Source: Nemertoderma westbladi
Taxonomy: Eukaryota > Animalia > Xenacoelomorpha
Assembly (NCBI GenBank): GCA_032718475.1
Contig: JAUCBJ010005497.1
Coordinates: 1-53,547 of the forward strand
Direction: 5' to 3'
DNA length: 53,547 nucleotides
The notes beneath the pieces were generated by a model. It worked only from the letters and a program-made list of their open reading frames with translations, was not told where the DNA came from and made no database searches. Both the position numbers and the translations under genes were made by a program. The stretch's first letter is position 1, and each line of letters starts with the position of its first letter. Of the stretch, positions 1-13,265 are shown one piece after another.

Positions 1-3
1 CGT

Positions 4-1073
4 ATGTTATTTACTGAAAACAAACCTGTTTATCGCAATGAAACTGAAATTCCAGTTGATAGTTCGAATAAAAAGTTTAATGTTCTTCCGAGTTCCGGGA
101 AGCACCTTGCAATGGAAGAAATAGTAAAGATACTTAATGTTAAATCTGATATTCACATTTTTGATAAAATACCCCGTGGTAAAAAGGAAAATGTTTATAT
201 TCTGTTACGAGATGTTCCACCGGGTCCTGACAAGAAACGTAATTTTGTGGATGATTGTGGTGTTTGGGACTGGAAGAGTTCCACAACTTGCAACAAAATA
301 TTTTCTATGACAAATTTAAATATGGTGTCTGGTATTCAGTTAATTAATGGTACATATTATCAAACAAACAAGGCTGCACAACGAATTAATCCACAACCAA
401 GCTCATTGTCAATCCTAAATATACACCGTTACTATACCAAGCTGAAGCGCAAACCCGATTATGTGAGGCGTATAACTTGCATTCAGCACAACTCACCTGA
501 ATTGTTACAAGACGTCTGCATTGTGGAGTATGTTGGGCAGTTACCCGATGACTTGACTCCTCATGGTAATTGTAAGAAAGATTACCATTATATTCGATCG
601 GATTCTGATGTTTTACCAGCAATTAGTGAAAGAGTAAATAAGCGGAAATATCCAAAAGTTGTATATTCTGAAATGGTGAAAGAATGTACCGATAGAGATG
701 AGTCAATATTGGCTCCAAGAGACATAAAACAAATTAGCAACAAAAAGTACAACGAGAATAAGAAAGATATGGAAATATTACTGGAATTCAAATGCTCGAT
801 CTTCGTCGTGCTATATATGATGGAGGGAATTATCGCCTTGTATCTTCTCTAAGAAATAAGTATCGAGTTCAGCGCACTGTCTGGGATAATAAATCTAAAG
901 ACGAGAAGGATGCGCTGTTTGCCGCATTTATAAGTCGTGATACAAAATCTTCTAAAATGCTTAAGGCATCATCATGCGAATTCCAAATACCCAAACGACC
1001 AACTGTAGCCCGCAAGCCAGGGCAAAGGGCGCGCGTAAAAGCGGAAAGAACGAAGAAGATTTTAAAGAAGTGA
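4..1073 (+). pseudogene. Probable internally deleted Mutator-like (MULE) DNA transposase remnant (ORFs 4-852 and 792-1073)
   Basis: Motifs DDCGVW, RYY..LKRKPDYVRRI, VEY, PHGNCK..YIRS and PRDIKQ resemble the N-terminal region of invertebrate MULE-like transposases. RRAIYDGGNYRL..KY.V...W resembles their post-catalytic part. No DDE core lies between them, which suggests a deletion near 770-790. Recognition from memory only. Confidence 0.4.
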
Positions 1074-1689
1074 GAGCCATACTGTAATTAAGAATATAGA
1101 ACTACAGTATCCTTTGAACTGCTAATAAAAAACTGAACTTATTCTTACAAGGAACTAGAACAAGTCTTGTTGGGAAGGCGAATTTTATAGTAAGTAAAAA
1201 AAACAATTAAAATTGAAGATTACATTTTGGTTCATATCTATGCGGTTCTATAATCTATCATAACATATTGCTACGGAAGAAATAGTATTATTTTTTTAAG
1301 AAAAAAGTTTTAAGAAAATAAAGTATCGAGACATAAATATTGAGTTATTCAGGCACTTTGTTTAACATCCCTCGTTCCACCTATAGGGTTGTACCTGTCC
1401 CTACTATAAATATTTGTGGGGCGAGTCACGAAAAGAGCGAAGCCTTAGCATAGGGGTACCATTAACGAGTTGTTTTTCGTTATCGTCTGACTTCGTCAGA
1501 TTTTTGATAGCTATTAACTTGGGCACTATTAACGTATTGAAAGTGCATCGATGTAGAAAAGGTTTCAAAGTAATTTGAGCGAAATCCAATCACACACTCA
1601 AAAGTTATTGAAACTTTAGTGTCTGCAAGGCGTACACCAAAACGGAACTCAATATCCAACATAGGGTGCTGTAGTGTACTATCGTTTGG

Positions 1690-1815
1690 TGGAAGTTGGG
1701 TGGGAGGGGAGTGTAGGCTTACAGTAGTTGGGTGGGAGTGGAGCGTACAGTAGTTGGGTGGGAGTGGAGCGTACAGTAGTTGGGTGAAAGTGAGTCAAAG
1801 TTGAATGTAGTTGGT
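1690..1815 (+). repeat. Minisatellite (about 28-bp unit AGTAGTTGGGTGGGAGTGGAGCGTAC)
   Basis: 2-4 imperfect tandem copies visible. Confidence 0.8.
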
Positions 1816-3807
1816 TGAAGAGTTCGGTGTACTGTGGGGCAAGCCACGCAGTCGGGGCGAGCCTTAGCGCACAATTATAATTAGTAAATAGGGCAAAATG
1901 TAATGTCTGTCTGTCGATATATCTGTAATGAAAAATTCATTCGTAAATAACTAAAAAGATTAACCAATAAAATTATTAAATTATTTAATTATATATTAAA
2001 TTTAAATAATTTAATTATATATTTAATTATATTAAATCATTAGATTAAATGGATTTTAACCATTTTCAACCAAATTGTATATGGGCAGGGCATAGCTTAC
2101 AGTACTAAATAAAAAGTTTCAATATTTGTCCCAAAGTTACGGGCAAATAGCTCTCGAACTTTTTACTCCAGATCAAATCGAACCTGTTTCGAGCTTGCTC
2201 AAGTTAGCGTGCTGCGACGAACCCACAAACTTGTAGTTAGGTAAAAACAAGTATTTTTTTAAATTATAGAGACATAAATTCAGGCACTATAAATTCCGAT
2301 ATTTAAGCACTTTGTGTTTCCACCTGTTTGGGTTGTACATACTGTATTTTAGTTTATGTACTCTATGTCGCTACATATTGGACTTCTCGGGTCTTAAGTT
2401 AACCTTATACTGGACTCCCTGATAAAGGTAAGAAAATACAAACTAGGGTACTGCAATTGTATAACATGCGAATAATGAATTTATCATGGAACCAAACTAA
2501 TAAACGAAGATAATAAGAGTAACTGCGCTATTTAATATAAAAATCCGACCAGCCCAGTCAATGAGGACTCGTACAATTCAGCACCATTAGTATGTATGTA
2601 GTTTTGGAACGAATTGTCCTGAAAGGTGTTGTCCAATTGCTCTACATCCCAAAATTACAGCATCCATAATGAAACCCCACGCCGCCAACTGACCCACATT
2701 AAAGCCCGATGGGAAACCCCACTTGGGATCCGACTATGTAGCAACACACCTAAAGGGTGTGCGACATATTCCAATGTGAGAATTTAGCGTGGAAACCTCA
2801 TGTTAATCACGAGGATTTTCGAATGGGTGAAATGTCTGAAAGATAAATACATTTCTCCCATTTCGTTGTTTGCAATCTAATAAGCTGAATATTGGCATAT
2901 CCTACTGTACATATACTGTAGGTACTAGAGACCACAGGCCACGTCTAAATTATTACATTGAACAACGTACGCAATTATCTACCTTTAGTGTAATGAATTA
3001 TTAGTTCTACTAAGATCAGTACTGTATAACGATCTTATTGATTCTTGTAAAGATCTTGTCCATTCTGGCATCGCCTGTATGTGAAGATCATAATAAGTTC
3101 TTTGCAGAATTTCTCTTGATCTGTACAGATCTTACCAGATCCCCTTTTAGTTTATCAAAAATGTAAAAAGTTCTAAAATTATTTCTGTTGTTTCGTTAAA
3201 AATTAATTAATACAGTATAAAGGCCATAAAGTTTAAGATAAAGAAGCTGAAAATAATGTTAAAGTTTTTTTTCTTGTATTCTATGATACATAAAGGATAA
3301 TTACATTATTATAATTGCATTAAACATACTGTATAATATAGAACTTATGTCCATTAACTTTGTACGAATTATCTGCATTGCTATTCCCACAGCAGAAGTT
3401 TCCAATAATGCGATTTCGTCGTTAAGGCTGTGACGGTGACCCTCCTGTGTATCAATACCGTTTTCCTTTTCACCGCAATCCCACAGCGCCAGTTTAGTTT
3501 GTACTGTAGCTTAGTTTGGAGTTTTGATGCGTGGTATGTGTAGACATCTATAGGTATCTGGATCGTCAATAGTCTCTGTGTCTCTCCTTTGTATATTTAT
3601 TGCTAAATTCATCAATTATTCTAGAATCAACCTGCAATAAAAATAAAATGTTAGTTAGTTATTTTCATAATTGCAGGGCAGTGATGGCAATATACAGCAC
3701 GAGGACATGCAACTTTTAAATGTTCATATATCAGCAATTCCTCAAAGAAGTTCAGAGTTTGTTACTGTACATATTGTAATTTGTGGAAGATAGGTGCCAT
3801 ACAGTAT

Positions 3808-3910
3808 AGTTTGGTGTAAGTTGGATGCTGTTGTGTTGAAGTTGGGTGTAGTTGGGTGTAGTTGGGTGTAGTTGGGTGAAAGTTGGGTGTAGTTGGGTGG
3901 TAGTTGGGTG
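3808..3910 (+). repeat. (AGTTGGGTGT)n 10-bp tandem repeat
   Basis: About 7 near-perfect copies at 3840-3910 plus a degenerate flank; shares the AGTTGGGT core with the 1690-1815 repeat. Confidence 0.85.
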
Positions 3911-6799
3911 ATTAGGCTGACCCTCGTAATCGTAACTTGTAACTACACAGAACTGCAGTGCAGCAGTCCAGCAGTCGCAACGCAATGCTGTAGGCCTACA
4001 CTCTAACTGTGCTGTCCTAATTTGAGCGCCATCTTGTAGTGTTTTGCCATCATTGGATTACCCCTAAAAACCAATCAGCAGAGACAGTTTCTGTATTAAA
4101 TTACTTTTAGAGTCGAAAATGGGACGAAATTATCGGATTTCATTAATTAAAAAATGTAAATTGTGCCTTCTAATAATACCTATCGTACTGGAAAGTGAGA
4201 TATTGTATTCAACGTTGTATAATTTCGACATTTTCGTTAATAATTTCGTCTTTTTCGTTATTTTCGGGTTTTATAACTATCCTTTCGGGGTGATGAACTC
4301 ATATGTGAGACGTGCATTTTCAGATTTTGCCTACATTGAATATTACTACATGGCAAGACTTCAATGAGATACTGTATAGTACAGTATGTTGATTACTAAA
4401 CCAAAACTTAATTATAAATATTTCATTATACAGTAATTAAAGTAAATCATTGTAATATAATTAAACTAATCCACTTATAATTTATACTACGGTATTTTTT
4501 TTTTCTTGCATATATTATGCCTGGTATATATTATAACTGTACCTTATAATATTATAAAATGGCTTGAGTGATTACAGATTTGGAATAATGGTAACCTGAA
4601 CTTTTTCAAGTTAGCAATATTCCATTCTCATTGACTCTGTGTTAAAAAGGATTAACGTGATTGGTTGCTGCTTAGTAGCAGCCCCTAGCAGGTGTCTCCA
4701 ACCACATTACTTGTTTTATACAAAGTGGAATAATGTTAACTGGAAAAGCCACGATCTAAGCACCAGTAGGTACGGGTACTCTACCGGTAGGGCAGTCTGG
4801 CGATATAGAAGGCAGTTGTTTTATGATTATTGAATAATATGGCATTTGTTAAGCCATCTTCAAGCTTCCGGTAAAATACTGTACAGCATTGCAGTCATAA
4901 ATAACGAGAAGTACTATACTGTAGGTGATTGACCCTCCCTATGACTATTGCTATTTACTATGGCAGTTTTCATAATTCCATCTGAATGTGACCAGGCTAT
5001 TAATGAATAATGAAAATAATATACTGTAGCTTAAACATCATAGATCTCTAATTTTTAAATATTATCGATATTTATGAACTGATTTCTATACCTTTATCTT
5101 TTAAACGCGTTTTCTGGGAAACAACAACATTTTACCCGATCGGGGATTTTAAAAATCCTATTTCTTGAGAAATCTTCATTCTGATAAGGTGGATTATGAT
5201 TCATTTTGAAGATAATTCATGTGAGAACTACTGTATTTGAATATTTTATTTATGTTTCATTGAAAAGTTTTCATGTTACTTTGAATGAGAAGTGAACTAT
5301 ATTTATATCGCGATAGGACTAATTTTTCAATATCTTTCCCCATAACTTGTTAAGTAGGCCTAGAGTTGTAGTAGTTCACATCGAACCAAGAAAAATTATA
5401 TTCAAACAATAAACAGACACCTTATATGTGGCAGTGTGACTCCCTGGCAAAGTTTGGTCGAAATTAATTTGGGACCTTCTCCAGAATTAGGATTTTCAAT
5501 GTTTTTTAAAAATACGTGTGCTTATGGTCTGGACTGCACAGAAATAAAATTTCAACATCATTTCTGAACTTTTTGGCCCAAGATGGTCTCAAATGTAGTA
5601 TGTAGTTGGATCCTTAGGCTATTTTGGTTCTCCTGTAATGACAATTTAAACTCTTCGATAATGTTTGCGCTACCCCCCCCCCCCCCCCCTAAGTACAGTA
5701 GTTGACATTTTTAACCAATAATACTTTGATAAAACTAATGACTTTACATTGCAGGTCGGTATAACAGTATATACTGTATATATATACTGTAGTAATACAG
5801 TATAATTCTGCAGGAAAACGCTTTACTGGTTAAATACTCAACAATTTCGCCCCCCTTTATGCCTGTAATTTCGCCCCAAAGAAATTTGCTGGGGGTGGGG
5901 GGGGGGGGGGGGGGGGGGCAGTTGCCCCCCTGCCCTGCCCGTACGCCTATGTGTACGTACCTTGCTAATGTCGTGCAACATCGTAAGCCAGCAACCTTTA
6001 CACAAATGCTTCAATCTTTAATCCTGCTACCGCGACCGGTATAAACAGTTACGGTAGCCTATGTAATGAGTAGAAACAAAATCTTAATTTATCGACAGTT
6101 TAATCGCAACTAAATTTAAAATATTTTAAAAACCGAATCAAATTCAACATTTATTTCACCTAGTGCATGAAAAATTGTTTTTAAATGAACCTTAATTTGG
6201 CGATCTAGTTCACCACATTATCGGTCCAGTTAGGTCCAGATTCGTTTAAAGTAGGCCTACTATTCAACATAAACAGAGAGTGTTTGTTTACTTTCAGTTT
6301 GCATAATTTTTTATTTGTTGGGAAAAAAGAGCAGTACAGTTGTAGGTCGGCCATGCAGTCTAATTCTGCGTTCCTAGCCGCTTAACCATATCTGGCCCGG
6401 GCTATTGTACTATGTAATTGTGTAAAATTAAAATTTTAAAAATTCAAAAAAAATAAAAATATTTGGTGCCATTCTGGTGCCCCAGAACGAAAAGTACAAG
6501 TGACAAAAAATTACAAACTGTTACCATTGGTTTGGTAATTCTGAAGCTACTGGTTTTCAAGGTCGCTGATCATGTTAAAATCTCGTTAAAATCATACATG
6601 GTAAGGTAACAACTATCATTTTTGGTGCTTATCTGCTTGGACGAAAAATACAAGTAGATAAAATTTCAAACGGCAAAAATATAATTTGGTTGGATAATAC
6701 AATATTTTGAGTGTCACATTCGTGTTCAGCATCCCAGACAACCCATGATGCCTTAAAGTAAGGTTGACGACTTGGTAATGATTGTTGATTATCAAATGG

Positions 6800-7140
6800 C
6801 AGTGATTTTTTATGTCCTTTTATTTGACTTTTTTTGTCCTCCTTTTTTTTACGAATTGTGCATAATGACTTTTGTTGTCCTTTTAATGACTTTTATTGTC
6901 CTTTTAATGACTTTTTATGTATGTATTTCTTCAAACTGTCAGACTGCTGATTTCTGGACTGTCAGACAGTTGATTTCAACATGCCTATGCCAAAACATTC
7001 AAAATTTGTTGATTTCTGGTCTGTCGGACAGTTGGTTTCACTATGCCTGTGCCAAAACATTCCATGATTCCATGATTTATAGACTATGAGATAGAATTCC
7101 ATATGCGCCTGTGGTAAAAAAGACTCTAAATTTAATAGTT
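6800..7140 (+). repeat. Degenerate tandem repeats (21-bp ATGACTTTTATTGTCCTTTTA, then about 60-bp GATTTCTGG.CTGTC.GACAGTT..TTTCA..ATGCCT.TGCCAAAACATTC)
   Basis: Directly visible periodicities. Confidence 0.7.
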
Positions 7141-7196
7141 TGTGGTTGTTGTCGATAATCGATTACCACATGATGTATCAAAACACTCATTTTATA

Positions 7197-7746
7197 GCCA
7201 AAAACAATTACCAATTGATGGAAAGGAGCAGGTTAAGGCCGGATTTCTAACAAAACAATAAACAGTCACTTTATCAAATCAGGGAAAGGAGCAGGTTACA
7301 GAGACGGGATTTTCTAACCAAAACAATAAACGATAATTTAACTAATTGAGGGAAAGGAGCAGGTTACAGATGCGGGATTTTCTATCCAAAACAATAAACA
7401 GTCACTTTACCAAATCAGGGAAAGGAGCAGGTTACAGAGACGGGATTTTCTAACCAAAACAATAAACTATAACATTACCAATTGAGAGAAAGGAGCAGGT
7501 TACAGAGGCGGGATTTCCTAACCAAAACAATAAACGATCACTTAATTAATTGAGCGAAAGGGGCAGGTTGCAGAGGCGGGATTTTCTAACCAAAACAATA
7601 AACAGTCACTTTACAAATTGAAGGAAAGGAGCAGGTTACAGAGGCGGGCCTTACTAACCAAAACAATAAACGGTCACTTTACCAAATCAGGCAAAGGAGC
7701 AGGTTACAGATGACAGGATGAGGCGGGATTTTCTAACCAAAACAAC
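7197..7746 (+). repeat. 68-bp satellite, about 8 copies (GAAAGGAGCAGGTTACAGAGGCGGGATTTTCTAACCAAAACAATAAAC...)
   Basis: The GAAAGG core recurs at 7221, 7284, 7352, 7420, 7488, 7556, 7624 and 7692. Confidence 0.92.
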
Positions 7747-8187
7747 CGGTCAGCCGGTAGGCCTATCAGTAGCGTATTTAAATGGTAGGCTACACAGTAG
7801 GCCTACAGCAGTACCGGTACCGGTACTAAAATACAGAAATGCCTGCGCTTTATACCTACATCTGTACATACAATACAGCAAAATAGTGCTATATATACTA
7901 ATACCGGTACTGATAGCCTGAGAGAACAGCAGTAGAGAAACCGGTAGCTTGGAACCTAACATTAGATTTTTGGAGGACATAAAAAATAAAAAAATAAGGA
8001 CAAAAAAAGGATTTAAACGGACAATAAAAATTATTGCGTTTATCAAATTTGTGCTACTTGTACAGTATTTGTCACTTTCTACTTGCATTGACACATATCC
8101 ATAATGCCCTAATCAACAAGGTACGATACATACTTCAGTGTCATATTCGTGATCAGCAATTTGTAAGATACATAAAAAGCATACATC

Positions 8188-8259
8188 CTCCCCGACCGGG
8201 AATTGAACCCGGGTCTTGCATGTGACAGACGCAGATACTAACCACTATACTATCGAGGA
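8188..8259 (-). tRNA. tRNA-Asp (GTC)
   Basis: Reverse complement TCCTCGATAGTATAGTGGTTAGTATCTGCGTCTGTCACATGCAAGACCCGGGTTCAATTCCCGGTCGGGGAG folds into a full cloverleaf with anticodon loop CT-GTC-AC. A and B boxes are present, and a T5 Pol III terminator lies about 10 nt downstream. Confidence 0.93.
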
Positions 8260-8529
8260 GCGTGAAGAACGAGGGAAGAAATGGCTGAATGGATAGTTAG
8301 TTCTGAAAGAGGGCAATTACCGAAAGCTACCGAAAGTTATGCGAAAGCTATCGAAAAGTAAAAGCGAAAGGGTGAAAGTGATAGGGGGTACATTCACTGA
8401 TAGCGGGTACATTTCGCACTTTCAGCGTCCAATATCATTCATAAACAAAAAAGATATGAGCTCAAATTCAAATAATTGCCGTTTCATTTCAAATTAACCT
8501 TCGCGAAATATACATTTGCTAATACAGTA

Positions 8530-9716
8530 TATATATATATATATGTTTATTGACAGATATTTTGAGTGAAATAACCAGGTACAAATACAAATACAAATAA
8601 TCCTGAGAAGGGTAATTACATACAATGTAAACAAAACAATAAATGTCCATTAAGAATAATAATACAGGCACTTAATGAAAAGAAAATTTAAATACTATGT
8701 AAGATAGAGATATAGATAATAAAGCATTTCCTAATTTAACTAAACATCTCTTGAATCTTGTAACAATAAGCACATAAGCTAGCCAATTTCACTTTAGGGC
8801 AACTAAATAGATCATGGATATAGTTATAATTATCAAAACCAAAATTAGACCTTAAAATAGCAGTATACCGACAACGAAGCAAAACATGTTCTTCATTTTG
8901 CACTGAGCTTAAATCACACGAACATACTCGGTCTTCGGATGGGATACGAGCCCATCTTCCTTTCTCACTAGCTAAGTTATGTGAGAAGGTGCGATATCGA
9001 GTAAATGCAGTGCGATGAAAGTCGGGAATATAGGCGGTACTACTTAAATAAATATCATGCACACCTAATTTAGGATTTAGTATACTACGATATAACTGAA
9101 ACTTAGTAGCTGTAATTGGTTTAGCTAAAACTTTTAATCTTACTGCACTTAGAGATACTGAGGAAAAGTCAATATTGGTTGATTCACTTAGTAAGTTGTA
9201 CATGCTGATATTTGAATCCGAACATAATTTAAATACTTGTTTAATAGGTAATGAGTCATTGGCTGTGATCGAATATTTTTTAAAGAATCTGACCCGGGCT
9301 TTCAAAATCAAAACAGCTAGGGGTTCGAACCCACCCTCCAAAAGACAGATATCGTTCGGTGTGGTGACTCGTACCCCCAGCAAAGACTTTATTGCCTTCA
9401 TATATAATCCTTCAATTACTTTAAAATTCTTGGTTAGCCACGATTCACAACCATAAATTAACACCGCAGATAGGCATGCATTAAATACTTTACGTTTCAG
9501 AATAAATGGCATCGAGCAATTAACAGCGCAGAATATCACAAATTTATTTACAGCATCTTTACATCTATCGGCATGTAAATCTAAAACAGAAGACATCTTT
9601 GCGTCTTCGCAAAAAGGGGATCCTAAATAAACGTAGTTGGTGCAGTGACCAACTACATTCCCACGAAAAACTATTGGTAATTTGTCCGTTTGGCTACCAT
9701 TAACTACAAAAAATGT

Positions 9717-9749
<33 letters not shown>
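8530..9749 (-). mobile_element. 5'-truncated non-LTR retrotransposon (RTEX/L2-like) 3' end; ORF2 C-terminus at about 9717-8736
   Basis: RT thumb YVYLG, LIYGCESW, RTFSHNLASEKGRW..IP..DRVCSC and C-terminal CxC-x8-H-x4-C. AATAAA followed by a (TA)n tail at 8528-8551. Absent from the homologous site in copy B (13991-14010). Confidence 0.9.
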
Positions 9750-9752
<3 letters not shown>

Positions 9753-10211
9753 GCAGTAACGCAAAGGGTTGTTGGTAATCAAGGGTATCCAGTCACTACG
9801 TCATTGTTGTAATCACTATGGTTGGTTGAAAATGTAATAATTACAGTAATTTACACGTTATCGCTAACACATAGATGTGTAATATTCTGAACTAGCACTG
9901 AAGAGCGATGTTAATTATACAAAAGGTAATACGGGTATCTATTTTTTATGTGTAAAATAATTCCACATAATGGCCCTTTCACTGTTCTCTGTCTCTCCCT
10001 TTATTGACATTTCATCCCCACTTGCTCGTTGGAACCCTCCGAGGATTATTACGTCGCCGTTGATTTATTGGATGTGTGGTGCAGCCTACTTAATGTACAA
10101 ATGGCCAACTGTGCAACACGCTGGAGAATCATAACGGAGGGGAGCTGATCATTTTCTAACGTAAAACAAATATAGCATTAGGCCTACTGCTTCATAGCCT
10201 TAATCAAATTC

Positions 10212-10410
10212 ATGTTCGAATTCAATTCAATATAAATTTAATCCTTCTTGATTTATGAAATTTATTGTATTGCACGCACCCAAATACCATAAAATGTGGA
10301 TATATATTGTAAATAGTTAAGAAAAAAGTTGGTAGGGTGTCAGGGAACGATGTAAGGAAACGGAGGCTAGCTAATAGCAGGGGTAGTAGACGCCTAGCCA
10401 CCGGGGGGGT

Positions 10411-10462
<52 letters not shown>

Positions 10463-11177
10463 GAGGAAGGGAGGTTACATCTGAATGCTCATAATTTAGG
10501 ATAGTTTTTATTAGTTTCGAAATTTATTAATTATATTTTTGAACCGTGGGACTAATCTTGTAAATAGTTACTTATTGTATGTAATAAGTAAGGTAACGTC
10601 AGCGGGAAATCTGTACGCGACGGATGTACAATGTGGATAGAATTAAGATTTTTGCAATTTGAAATAAAATTAAAGCAAAGACGCAGGCCAGTAATATGGT
10701 TTGTATGGGAGTGAATTTGGTTATAGTTTAGAAATTAGATTAAGTTTGTAATTTTTTGAAAATGTAGGTTTGGATTTTTTGTTACGCATATCACAAGGGA
10801 TGGTACTCCAAATAGATGGGCCTTGAAAACACATGGATTTTTGGGAAGAGGTTAGACGAAATAGCGGTAAACAAAAGTTTCCTAAAGATGAAAAGCGGGT
10901 GGCGTAATTGTGTATAGATGAAGTTTTAGTAAATAAAGAACCGAGTTCAGAGGTGGGGCTTATAATGTGGTGGTGGATATCATGCATGAAAAGGCCAGCC
11001 TGGTGTTTATACAGTAAGTTTAAAGGTAGGATTCGTAGTGATTTGTATAGAGGCGCAGAGGACGATTGTGAGTGACTGAAAGTAATGCATCTGATAATTT
11101 TGTTTATTTTAACTCTAAGTGGAAGAAGGGTGGTGGAATGAGTACTTCCCCAAAGTAGAATTCGAATCGAATTCGAA
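10212..11177 (-). mobile_element. 5'-truncated CR1/Crack/L2-group LINE 3' end with 10-bp TSD AATCAAATTC
   Basis: Frame 11161-10721 reads ILLWGSTH..LLPL..KINKIIRCITFS...SAPLYKSLRILPL...HNYATR...FQGPSIW (RT C-terminal region). Poly-C 3' UTR and short (TTGAA)n tail. TSD at 10202-10211 and 11178-11187. Absent from copies B and C. Confidence 0.88.
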
Positions 11178-11999
11178 AATCAAATTCGAATTTCATGTCT
11201 GTCAGAATGTAAAATTGGATAAATATGTTTTTTTATGGCATTTACTGTATGTCCTACGTAATTTTTACAATCTCAACAATTTGGTACAGTAATTGTGCCC
11301 GAGTTAGTGTAACTAGCCCGAGTCAATCCACGGTGTAAAAATATCTCTAGATCGCACCGATTAATCTTAGTCAGGTTTATAAGAAAAAGTATACAGATAC
11401 AGCACAACTAGTGTAGATATATATTCCGTATCCATTGAAGTACAAGTTCGTGGGGCCTTCGCGCAGCACGAGTCTCAATTATGAGATACAAATTAAAATT
11501 GAGCAATTCTATCACAAAATCGGTATTTAAGAAATTTACCAAACCGCAAATAAATCATAAGAGGGGAAAGTTGCTCGCTTTCACCCCCCCCCCCCCCCCC
11601 CCCCCCCCCTTAATCTGCACCCCAACCCAAAGGCACACAGAGGATTGTTGACAGGCAGGTATTAATAGAAAATGTGTGTTTTAAAAGTAATATATTTTTA
11701 GGTGTGGAGGGGCCCCAATTTGTAAGACATATTATAACTTACCTTATGCCGTTTTAGTATTGATACTGAAATATTAATTTACCATGTCGATGTCTCAACA
11801 AAATTATTTAGCTTATTTATTCTAAAAAAATCTACATTGACCTACACATTGTGTAAATACTCAGCCAATCATTTTGCGAGATAAACATTATAAGCAAGCT
11901 GTCTTACTCTGGGGCCTAACACTATTGCATGTCCCTACAGAATTACAACCTTGCTGGAATAGTGGTGAGGTGTAACTGGTCGGGCTGATTCCTACCCCG

Positions 12000-13150
12000 G
12001 CAAAACACGCCGGGCGTGTTCTAGCACATATCTGATGTTTCAGCTAAATCAGTGATTTCACTTTGAGATATTTCGCCCTCTAGCGGCAGACTATAGAGAC
12101 TGCAGACGGATGAGCCTACTTTGAATGACACAGTTAATGTTCTAATACAAATATGCCAAGTTTCAGCTAGAACGGGTTTAAAGCAAAGAAAATTGTGAGG
12201 ATATTTAATGTTTAGATATGTAGCCCTCTATAGCGAGAGATTGAGGATTTGATGGTGTCTGGAAGTCCCTAAGTAAACTAAACGTATGGTCTTTCTTATT
12301 GAGGCCTACTAATTTTTGACTCGACAGCTTTAAATCCGACGAAGTTATATGTAAGTCAAAATCGTAGCGACGCGTCAGTTCGCAAAGGCCTCCGCCAACT
12401 TCGTGGCTCGGACCCCATACACCATGCTATATAAATGTATTCGATCGATATACAATCATATATTTAATCTGCTAGGTGGTGTCAAATTATCATTCTGCAA
12501 TTTTCGTACTTTTACAGTACAGCAGTACCGTACCGGTAGGCCTATGTCATTATACTTCGGAGTTTCTAGCCGATCCCCAATTAAATGTCTTAACTTTTCA
12601 ATTTCGTAAAAGATAGACTTTATGATTTTTCTACAAGCAACCAAAATTTCAGCTCTGGGAAATGAGGCGTTCCCGAGAAATGTAACATTTTCTAAATACC
12701 ACATAATATGTCCGCAGCTGACGTCAGACTGCATGATTTTTCACCAAACTGTGTACAAATTTTCTAAACTTTCCCTTTACTCTACTTTACCTACTAAGTT
12801 TGGTTCAATTCCGAACTAGCGATGCCGAGAAATTCGCGTTCAAAACATTTATCAGACAGACGGACGGACAGACGGACATGCCCCATTTGCCCTATATGAA
12901 CCGTATGCCAAGGCTCGCCGACTACATACGTGTCTCGCCCCACATATTCATGTATTATTTGAGAAATAAGCGTTTTCCCGAGCCGAGTGTTCTGGTTCAC
13001 GCCTCCTACCCCATGTAGGAGGCTTGAATCAGGGGGGTTATAAGGGTTGAACCACCCATAGAAGCAGTTATCAAAGGAAAATTTGTCAATGAAAATCAGT
13101 CTCTCTGTCTGTTTGTTTGTCTGTCTTTTTTCAGTGTTTGTCTGACAGTG
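12000..13150. repeat. Probable non-autonomous DNA/Helitron-type element remnants inside the duplicated unit (also about 15240-16430)
   Basis: GACAGACGGACGGACAGACGGACATG microsatellite core and GCCCTCTAGCG / CCAAGTTTCAGC motifs typical of DINE-1/HINE-like repeats; termini not resolved. Confidence 0.35.
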
Positions 13151-13265
13151 AAATTTCACTTTTGTCAAATATAAACTTTTCTAACTCCATTTAAAACTCT
13201 TGTTTTTTAATTTATACTGTATCATTGCACATTGCATTAGAAGATGATTAATTAAATATAGGCCT

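Larger units (their letters stand above)
7794..13185 (+). repeat. Segmental duplication copy A of the tRNA-Asp-containing unit
   Basis: Co-linear with 13266-16467 (initial offset 5472 bp) apart from two LINE insertions and small indels. Confidence 0.95.

Noticed and set aside
5850-5952. MITE terminus (...GCCCCCCTGCCCTGCCCGTACGCCTATG)
   Set aside because: Only one end is recognisable; no matching TIR or TSD found
7197-7746. CRISPR-like repeat with a variable segment
   Set aside because: The variable 21-nt segments are mutually homologous variants rather than unique spacers; eukaryotic context and no cas genes
7718-8225. Small ORFs (67, 114, 63 aa) and their duplicates at 13264-13697 and 35655-35837
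   Set aside because: Repeated only because of the segmental duplication; the 63-aa and 60-aa ORFs overlap the tRNA and none has protein features
9718-9782. Poly-Lys N-terminus of the 348-aa ORF
   Set aside because: Read-through from flanking DNA and the poly-A junction; not part of the LINE protein
10404-10461. Long G run as a special element
   Set aside because: Poly-C tract in a LINE 3' UTR; its length may be inflated by homopolymer error
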